Source of the DNA: Eledone cirrhosa
Lineage: Eukaryota
Assembly: GCA_964016885.1 (NCBI GenBank)
Contig: OZ024744.1
Span: forward strand, 9,548,001 to 9,612,000
Direction of reading: 5' to 3'
DNA: 64,000 nt
A program made the translations under genes and the position numbers. The notes under the pieces were generated by a model. The model had not been told where the DNA came from, did no database searches, and was given only the letters and a program-made list of their open reading frames with translations. How positions within the stretch are numbered: the stretch's first letter is position 1; each line of letters starts with the position of its first letter. Shown one piece after another: positions 55,427-64,000 of the stretch.

Positions 55427-55537
55427 CCAGGTTGCTGTTGCTGAAAAGACTGCTCACCTAGAAAAGGAGTCATTCAAGTTTAAAAGGATGCAGGTAGGCC
55501 TTATTTCATCAACTGCTCACACGTCTTGAAGCTGATT
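55427..55537 (+). other. 111-bp duplicate of the 3' end of Bre1 exon I with its donor; candidate 63-nt exon at 55431-55493
   Basis: Matches 53129-53239 with two mismatches, both in the intronic part. Confidence 0.9.
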
Positions 55538-55659
55538 GGGGAAGAGGTATTGGTTTCTGATTTAGGCACAAAACCAGCAATTTGGGGAGATGGGGTAAGT
55601 TGATTAACCCTTTAGTGTTCAAAACGGCCAGAGCCGGCCAAAATTATTTCCCCTTTCAT

Positions 55660-58600
55660 CATTTCATCATCATCTTCGTTTAACGTCCATCTTCCACGCT
55701 AGCATGGGTTAGACGGGAGTTGTCCCACTTGAGGCAAGGTTGGTCGTCTCGCTCGTATAGGACTATCTGACAGGTTTTCTACGGCTGGATGCCCTTCCTA
55801 ACACCAACCACGTTTACAGTGTGGACTGGGAACTTATTACTGTGTTACCTACACGGCCACATTACAGCGTGGACTGTGTGTTTTTTGTCATGACACCTAC
55901 ACGATCTCGATCTCATTATCTCATTTATTTGGGCTGGATGTTGTAGTACCAACTTTACAGAGAGAGGGTGGTGTTGGTGGGAGGATAGGGTAGGGGTAGT
56001 GGATTGGGGTGTATATTTGGTTAATTAGGTGCCTACTGACTGTATGTTTCGCTTTGGACATAGGCAAGGCGGGTCTTCTGTATTACTGTGTAGCGCCAAA
56101 ACTCCCGGTCCAGTGACATTGTCTTAGAGAGGTGCAAGTGTGGAAGGTCGGAATTTATCAAGTCGTCCCAGGTTTTTCTGGGTCTACCTACTCCGTAACT
56201 ACCATCAATTTTGATCTCCCTGCATTTTTTTATACAGCTGTCGTCTTTCATGCGCATCACGTGACCATACCAACGTAGTCTTCTCTCGAGTAAACAGCAT
56301 CTGATCCCTCTTATTCCTAATTTCTCACTTAGTTAATTTTTGCTTTGCCATTCACGTATATTACTATTACACATCCAGCGGAGCATGCAAGCTTCGTTCC
56401 TTTCCAGTCTACGCAGGTCCTCTGCACACAATGCCCAAGTTTCACTGCCATTTAGCATTGCTGTTCATATACAGGCATCATACAATCTGCCTTTCATTTT
56501 TAGAGAGAAACCTTTTGTGGCCAACAGCGGCTTCAGCTCTCTCAACTTTTTCCATCCCGTTCTGACTCTGGCTATTGTATTTCAGAACACCCTCCACCAC
56601 TGCTGATTTTGTCACCCAGGTAACGGAAAGTGTCTCCTATTTCTGAGGAACCAAAAACGTGAGGTGTTCAGGATTGCTAGGCAATGTGTCAGGGAAAACC
56701 GTGATATTGTCGGGGAGAAGTGTGTACTTAACGATGACGGCGTACTTGCCATCACCGACGCCGATAAGAAGGTAGCTTGGAAGTGTCACTATGAAAGGCT
56801 ACTAAATGAGGAGAATAAATGGGAGAAAGACAGTCTCCCCCACATCAACCCAATAGAGGGACCAGCAGTGTTAGTCGAGGGTAGTATAATAAGTAAGGCA
56901 ATCAAAGATATGAAGACAGGCAAGGCGGCTGGGCCTTCGGAAATAGTTGCCGAGATGCTGAAGGCATCTGGTATGGTGGGACACACCATGGTCACCCGGA
57001 TACTCAACCAAGTCATACAGAATGGGGTTGTTCCGAAGGACTGGCGTAGCAGCATCATCGTTAACTGTTATAAGGGTAAAGGAGATGCCCTAGATAGGAG
57101 TAACTATAGAGGCATTAAATTAATCGACCAGGTCATGAAGGTCACGGAAAAAGTAATAGCGCAACTAATCAGAGAGCGAATTGATCTAGATGAAATGCAG
57201 TTCGGGTTTGTGTCAGGAAAAAGTACCACAGACGCTCTTTTCATTGTACGACAACTACAGGAGAAGTACCTAGCTAAAAGTAAACCCCTATACTTAGCTT
57301 TTGTCGACTTGGAGAAGGCCTTCGACAGAGTCCCCCGTTCCATTATCGGGTGGGCTCTTAGAAAACTAGGTGTTGATGAATGGCTTGTGAGAGCTATACA
57401 AGCCATGTATAAAGAAACAGTCAGCAAGGTTAGAATTAACAACGAATATAGTGAAGAGTTTAGTGTAAAAGTTGGTGTTCATCAGGGCTCTGTTCTTAGC
57501 CCCCTACTATTTATTATCGCCCTCCAGGCTATAACAGTGGAGTTCAAGACCGGCTGCCTATGGGAACTCCTATACGCAGATGATCTAACGCTCATAGCTG
57601 AATCAATGGCCGAGCTAGAGAAGAAATTCCAAACATGGAAGCACGGCCTACTATTTATTATCGCCCTCCAGGCTATAACAGTGGAGTTCAAGACCGGCTG
57701 CCCATGGGAACTCCTATACGCAGATGATCTAACGCTCATAGCTGAATCAATGGCCGAGCTAGAGAAGAAATTCCAAACATGGAAGCACGGCCTAGAATCA
57801 AAAGGCCTTAAAATTAACCTGGCTAAGACTAAAGTTCTAGTTTGTAAGAAAGAAAATAAGGCGGCGGTCCCCTCCGGGAAGTGGCCATGCGCAGAGTGTA
57901 GGAAAGGCGTAGGTAGAAATTCCATTTTGTGTCCCAAATGCAAAGTTTGGGTGCATAAAAGATGTAGTGGGATCACAGGTAAGTTAACTAAGAACATAGA
58001 TTTTACATGTGGCCGGTGTTCTGGGGCAATAAGTAGCAGCAAGTGCCCACAAAATACTAGCTCTTTCAACTGCGCAGAGGGTTCTATAGAAATAGTGGAC
58101 AGCTTCCGTTACCTGGGTGACAAAATCAGCAGTGGGGGAGCGTGCTCTGAAAGTACAGTAGCTAGAGTCAGAACTGGGTGGAAAAAGTTCAGAGAGCTTA
58201 TACCACTATTAGCCGCTAAAGGGTTCTCCCTAAAAATGAAAGGCAGGTTGTACGATGCCTGCATACGAACAGCAATGTTGCATGGCAGTGAGACCTGGGC
58301 ATTGTGTGCAGAGGATATACGCAGACTAGAGAGAAATGAAGCTTGCATGCTCCGCTGGATGTGTAATAGTAATATACGTGAACAACAAAGCATAAACGAA
58401 CTAAGGAAAAAATTAGAAATAAGAGGGATCAGATGTTGTTTACTAGAGAGAAGGCTACGTTGGTATGGTCACGTGATGCGCATGAAGGACGATAGCTGTA
58501 TAACAAAGTGCAGGGCAATAAAGATAGACGGTAGCCACGGAATAGGCAGACCCAGAAAAACCTGGGACGAGCTGATAAACTCCGACCTCACACACTTACA

Positions 58601-59213
58601 CCTCTCCAAGACAATGTCACTGGACCGAGACCTTTGGCGGTACTCAGTAATAGAGAAGACCCGCCTTACCTAAATACAAAGTAAAACCTACTACAGTCAG
58701 TAGGCATCTCTAACAAAATACACCCCCGTCCCCCCACCCCATCCACACCGCCCCCTGCTATGTAAAGTTATGTTGGTGCCACACAATCCAGGCCGAAACA
58801 AATGAGATCGTGTAGGTGTCACGACAAAAAAACACACAGTCCACGCTGTAATGTGGCCATGTAGGCAACATGGTAAAAACCTCCCAGCCCCACACTGTAA
58901 ATGTGGTTGGTGTTAGGAAGGGCATCCAACTGTAGAAAACCTGCCAGACAGTCCTATGCGAGCAAGACAATCACTCTTGCCTCAAGTGGGAAAACCCCCG
59001 TCCAAACCCATGCAAGCGTGGAACACGGACGTTAAACGTTGATGATGATGATTTCTATAGAATCATCTTGGCAATAGAACGAGCTAGTATCTTGTGGGCA
59101 CTTGCTACTTATTGCACCTGAGCATCGGCTACATATAAAGTCTACATTCTTAGATAGTTTACCTGTGATCCCACTACATCTTTTATGTACCCATAATTTG
59201 CATTTGGGACATA
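55660..59213 (-). mobile_element. Older 5'-truncated RTE LINE in two pieces (55660-56644 and 59057-59213)
   Basis: (CAT)n tail at the left; the two pieces are colinear with 40975-42092 across the insertion. Confidence 0.9.
56645..59050 (+). mobile_element. Young 5'-truncated RTE LINE; open 669-aa RT ORF (56664-58673) with a 144-bp in-frame duplication
   Basis: TSD ATTTCT at 56639-56644 and 59051-59056; (GAT)n tail; RT motifs with YADD twice; no endonuclease domain. Confidence 0.96.
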
Positions 59214-59415
59214 TTTGTTCAAATCAGTCAAAACTGGCCAACATGACTCACACTAAAATATTGTTCTAAAAATAAACCATACCGTCATCAATTCGAGATT
59301 ACTGAGGTGTTAAGCCTTTAGCGTGAAAATTAACACTTAATATAGTGAAACTACTTCAAAACAACGCATGTTTTGTAATGTTGAAAGTACAACAGATTTT
59401 ATCTGTGTATGATCA

Positions 59416-60108
59416 TTTAAAATAGATGGTCTTATTTGATAGAACCAAAGCTGGTTTTGGCTGGGTTGGTAACTAAAGGGTTAAATAGGAACTCTTTAAA
59501 ATGAGTGGTTTTATTTGATAGAACCAGAGCTGGTTTTGGCTGGGTTGGTAACTAAAGGGTTTAATAGGAACTCTTTAAAATGCGAAATGGGTGGTTTTAT
59601 TTGATAGAACCAGAGCTGGTTTTAGCTGGGTTGGTAACTAAAGGGTTAAATAGGAACTCTTTAAAAAGGGTGGTCTTATTTGATAGAACCATAGCTGGGT
59701 TGGTAACTAAAGGGGTAAATAGGAACTCTTTAAAATGGGTAGTTTTATTTGATAGAAACAGAGCTGGTTTTGGCTGGGTTGGTGACTAAAGGGTTAAATA
59801 GGAACTCTTTAAAATGGGTGGCCTTATTTGATAGAACCAGAGCTGGTTTTGGCTGGGTTGGTAACTAAAGGGTTAAATAGAAACTCTTTAAAATGGGTGG
59901 TCTTGTTTGATAGATCCAGAGCTGGTTTTGGCTGGGTTGGTAACTAAATGGTTTAATAGGAACTCTTTAAAATGGGTGGTCTTATTTGATAGAACCAGAG
60001 CTGGGCTGGTAACTAAAGGGTTAAATAGGAACTCTTTAAAAAGGGAAATGGGTGGTCTTATTTGATAGAACCAGAGCTGGTTTTGGCTGGGTTGGTAACT
60101 AAAGGGTT
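59416..60108. repeat. ~79-bp tandem repeat, 9 copies, containing a piggyBac-type terminus plus TTAA and flank
   Basis: GATAGA at 59438, 59517, 59603, 59682, 59751, 59830, 59909, 59988, 60064; units carry GGTAACTAAAGGGTTAA or close variants. Confidence 0.93.
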
Positions 60109-60568
60109 TTTAGCAGTATTAGTTATAGATGTTATCGAGATACGAGTGACATAATAATTATTTCAACAGCAGAAATTAGAGATGAAATGTACGTTTATTT
60201 TTTGATGTAGCACAAACAATGGTGTTGTACAGAGGCTGGTTTCTGGCGTGTGATCAGTCGGCTTTCCAGTGGCTGTCTGGCTTTTCTTTCTGGCGTTCTC
60301 AACCGGCGTTGTTCTATCAAGGAGCGTGAGGCGTCTTACTACAGTACCTTGAGCCAGATTTTCAAATTATCGAAAATCGATGTCATTACTCATATGTGGA
60401 GTAAGATGGCGAACAATGCAACAAGGGGGAGCTATCCGCTCTAGCAAAAATTGAATCCAGAATAAGGATTTGAAAAATGTTAAAAAAAAAACGACATGCA
60501 TGCATAAAAAAACAAGGCAAAGAAAAAGCAGAAACACAGAGGCAAAAAAAAGGTGCAGCTAACATAGT

Positions 60569-63500
60569 CTAAATATAGACGGTGCTGCAAAATCTTTTGG
60601 GCCAGTGGACCCTACGACCTGAACGGGTCGTGGTCTTGTAATGTGGCGATGGTGGTGGTGTAGGGACAGGCGATGATGGTGGTTCAGGAACAGTCGTTCG
60701 CTCAACAGGCAAATACGAAGGGGTTCGTGGATCAGGAACCACAGCGTCCGTGTCAAGGTGCGCCTGCTTAAGCCTGTCTATTGTAACTGTCTCCCTGGAC
60801 CCCTTAATATCTAACGTGAAATGCTTAGCCGAGCGCGCTAAGACACGGTAAGGTCCAGTGTAAGGCTGTGTGAGCGGGGGCTTCACCGTATCATTCCTTA
60901 CAAAGGCAATATCCCTCGGGACAGCAGTCTTGACAGTTTGTTTCCTAGTGTCCATTGGCGGCAAATCCTGGAAATAGGAGCGCAAACGGGACACGTAGGA
61001 AGCGTGATCTTGGGCATCAAGATCGATAGGGGCAAGCATTTGCCTGGGCAACGTCAGAGGGGCACCGTACAGTACTTCGGCCGGTGAAAATCCAAAGTCG
61101 ACCTTCACCGTTGACCGAATCCCTAGTAGCACAATAGGGAGGTACTCGCTCCAATGCGCCGAGTCCATTGAGGCCATTAAGGAGGCCTTCAGTTGGCGGT
61201 GAAAACGCCCCACCATACCATTCGAAGCAGGATGGTATGCCGTAGTTCGAATGCGTTTAGCACCAATTAATTTTGACAGCTCGAGGAAAAGGCTCGACTC
61301 GAACTGTCGTCCACGGTCGGTAGTTATTGTGGATGGAAATCCATAACGAGAGATCCATCCAGACACAAGAGCACGTGCTGTTGTCTCCGCGGTGATGTTT
61401 TTCAAGGGGATGGCCTCAGGCCATCTCGAAAAACGGTCAATGACGGTAAGTAGATAAGAAAAACCATCGCTGACAGGCCAAGGTCCCACTATGTCAATAT
61501 GAATATGTGAAAAACGCGCATCTGGGTTAGCAAAGGTACCCAGGGGAGCCTTGACGTGTCGATGGACCTTTGATCTCTGGCAAGCGACGCAGGAACGGCA
61601 CCAAGCAGCAATTTCACGCCTCATATTTGGCCAGAAAAATCTAGCTGATATGAGCTTTGCTGTGGCAGAAGATCCTGGATGCGAGATACAATGTAATCCC
61701 AGAAACACGGTCCGACGATGATTCTCTGGAACGAAGGGCCTAGGCACGTCCAAAGAGACGTCGCAGAGAATTTGGCCAACTGCAGTCGACAGAGGCAAGT
61801 ATTTCATCTCGCAATTCGCAAACTCGGGCGATGTAACATCCAATGACTCAAGGGGAGGCTGATCCGCAGCCAAACGAGTCAGATCTATGTCAGAGGATGA
61901 CGAGATCGCTGTCACGGGTAAGCGGGACAAAGCATCGGCCGCTGTATTTAGTGAACCCGGAATGTGCTGGATATCACTCGTATATTGCGAGATGAAATCA
62001 AGGTGTTTCGTCTCTCTGGGCGAGTATTTATCAGCCTTCACTCTCAAAGCAAAAGTCAATGGTTTATGGTCAGTGAGGATAGTAAATTGTCTACCCTCTA
62101 GCACATGTGAAAAATGTTTCACGGCCAAATAGATGGCTAAAAGCTCTCTTCCAAAGGTGCTGTAGCGCGTCTCAGCAGGATTTAGCTTTTTGGAAAAAAA
62201 CTCCAGCGTTTGCTGGTAACCATTGATGTTTTGCTGTAGTACTGCACCCACAGCGATACCCGATGCATCAACACAAAGTGTTAGCTTTGCACCGGGTACC
62301 GGGTGAGTCAGTAACGAAGCATTAGCCAAAACAGTTTTGGCGTGCTGAAAATCAGCAAGTTGAGTGTCTGTCAAAGAAATATCTTTGTTCTTCCTCCGAC
62401 AATTTTTCAAAATTTCTGTCAGGGAGAAAAGCAATTTTGCACAATTTGGCACGAAACGCCTATAAAAGTTAACCAGACCTAAGAACTGGCGTAACTGACG
62501 TAGTGAGGTCGGTGGAGGCAAATCCTCTATGACCTTAACTCGCTCAGGCCGGGGTCGAATACCGTCAGCATCGATGACGTGACCCAAGAAAGTCAGTGAC
62601 TCAGCACCAAAAACACATTTGGGTGCATTAAGCTGCACGTTATACGCCTTCAATCGGCGGAAAAGAAGATTCAAATGGTGCGTATGCTGCTCTGGAGAAC
62701 AACTAGCAATGAGCAGGTCGTCAATATAGGTATAGACGAAATCGAGGCCGCGAGTAACCTCATCCATAAACCGCTGAAAAGTACTAGCGGCATTCCTTAA
62801 TCCGAACGGCATGGTCAAAAACTCGAAAGACCCAAATGGCGTAACTATAGCCGTTTTTGGAATGTCATTTTTATGGACAGGAATTTGATGGTACGCACGA
62901 ATTAAATCCAGTTTGGAGAATATCTTGCATCCCTGCAACGAAGACGCAAAGTCTTGCAGATGAGGGATAGGATAACGGTCCGGTACCGTTATCGAATTTA
63001 GGCGTCGATAATCTCCAGTAGGTCTCCAATCGCCATTCGCTTTCGCTACCATGTGTAATGGGGACGCCCACGGGCTCGTGGACGGACGAATAATCCCCAT
63101 TTGCAGCATGTGATCAAACTCTGATCGTGCTGCTTTGAGTTTGTCTGGAGGCAAGCGACGAGGACGAGAGAAAACGGGAGCACCAGTTGTAGATATGAAG
63201 TGCTCCGTGGTATGAGTTGGTTCATCAAATCGAAAATTTCCCTAAGTCAGTTGCGGGAACGAGTTCAACAACGCATGGAAAGGATCACCGGTGTTAGCAA
63301 GAAAAAATGTCGGGCTAACCGTTGGAACTCCTGCTGCCTTGCCAACAACAGTTAATCCCGTGATGCCATCAATTAAGCGTTTACCACGAAGGTCCACCGT
63401 CAATGAAAAATGGTGGAGAAAATCCGCGCCTAGAATCGGATACGGCAAGGCAGCGACAGTAAATATCCATTTAAACTCACGCCGCAGATTACGAAACTGC

Positions 63501-63736
63501 AAAGGTAACGAGATTTGTCCGAAAGTTCGAATCGGCGAACAATTTACTGCCTGCAACTCAATAGGCGTCTCAGGGGGAGTCTCCTTCATACAACACACAG
63601 GCCATACGGAACAAGCTGCACTTGTGTCAACCAGAAAAGCTCTACCTGACAGCAGGTCCTCAATGAAAAAGTGGCGGTTAGATGTTGTTTCGCAGAGCGC
63701 ACTATCCGCCGTTAGTGACTCTGGTCGTCTTTTCCC
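60569..63736 (-). pseudogene. pol: Gypsy pol (PR-RT-RNaseH-IN) with one in-frame TAG at 63242-63244
   Basis: FLVDTSA; [24 protein letters not shown]; VDASG, ELLA, TDH, ADALSR; HHCC finger, HIDIVGP, TDRG, GPY. The PR and RT ORFs share one frame and are open on both sides of the TAG. Confidence 0.92.
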
Positions 63737-64000
63737 TCGTAAGCACAAGGAGGCCTACAACGGGCGGCTTTTTTACCATATTTTTCATGGTAATAACAAT
63801 ATGGTGTTCCTGGTGTGTTGGAAGGGCTACGGTGGCGAGAAGTTGAATAACGTCGTGAGCGGCTCCTCTGCCGTCCAAAGGACGTGAATTCCTTGCACAA
63901 CTCCGCCATTTGACGAGTCATGGCTTCCATAGCGGTGATTAATATGTCATCAGACGCTGATGAGCGTGATTTAGGAAGAGAAGAGGAAGCAACGTACTGT
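63712..64000 (-). CDS. gag: Gypsy gag C-terminus (partial)
   Basis: RS-rich tract RQRSRSRR followed by CYYHEKYGKKAARCRPPC (CHCC-type knuckle). Confidence 0.85.
   Translation of the reverse strand, partial: QYVASSSLPKSRSSASDDILITAMEAMTRQMAELCKEFTSFGRQRSRSRRYSTSRHRSPSNTPGTPYCYYHEKYGKKAARCRPPCAYEGKDDQSH

Larger units (their letters stand above)
55608..59480. mobile_element. piggyBac-type MITE split by two nested RTEs
   Basis: TTAA|CCCTTTAGTGTTC at 55608; resumes at ~59212 (ATTTGTTCAAA), colinear with the reverse complement of 34710-34949; first CTAAAGGG|TTAA end at 59480. Confidence 0.75.
60130..64000 (-). mobile_element. Ty3/Gypsy LTR retrotransposon, antisense in the Bre1 intron, running off the right edge; 3' LTR boundary uncertain
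   Basis: Domain order gag-PR-RT-RNaseH-IN; minus-strand AATAAA near 60195 and a possible ...AACA end at 60130. Confidence 0.9.

Noticed and set aside
60130-60560. Exact 3' LTR and polypurine tract
   Set aside because: No clean PPT is visible and the 5' LTR is outside the window, so boundaries cannot be fixed.
63242-63244. Programmed readthrough of the TAG between protease and RT
   Set aside because: Readthrough is known at gag-pol junctions rather than PR-RT, and the copy has other lesions; a nonsense mutation is simpler. The family consensus would decide.
41673-63887. ORFs antisense to RTE and Gypsy coding regions (e.g. 42423-42761, 57482-58069, 63291-63887)
   Set aside because: Shadow frames of TE ORFs with no independent motifs.
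53196-64000. Bre1 RING-domain exons
   Set aside because: Not found; the Cys-rich motifs here belong to the RTE insert and Gypsy gag/integrase. The gene presumably continues past the window.

Overview
Eukaryotic animal DNA, probably octopus or another coleoid cephalopod (inferred from its SINE, RTE and MITE repertoire). The window lies inside one host gene on the + strand, the H2B ubiquitin ligase Bre1/RNF20-RNF40. Nine phase-compatible coiled-coil exons run from 29937 to 53195; the N-terminal and RING exons are outside the window. Bases 1-28310 are one nearly G-free 30-bp satellite with a ~5 kb higher-order period, apparently intronic. The other introns are full of nested mobile elements: RTE LINEs with (GAT)n tails, piggyBac-type TTAA elements, non-autonomous Helitrons, a DD37D maT remnant, tRNA-derived SINEs and an antisense Ty3/Gypsy element. 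There are also seven further tandem arrays, four of them visibly grown from pieces of local TEs. The most notable observations are: (1) a 111-bp duplication of an exon end, bracketing a 40-bp array, that creates an in-frame 63-nt candidate exon or a new intron; (2) the splice-inert giant satellite intron; (3) an RTE reverse transcriptase with two in-frame YADD motifs; (4) long inverted TE pairs that flank exons. I do not see a clearly new multi-gene system. Coordinates were counted by eye; TE edges are approximate.
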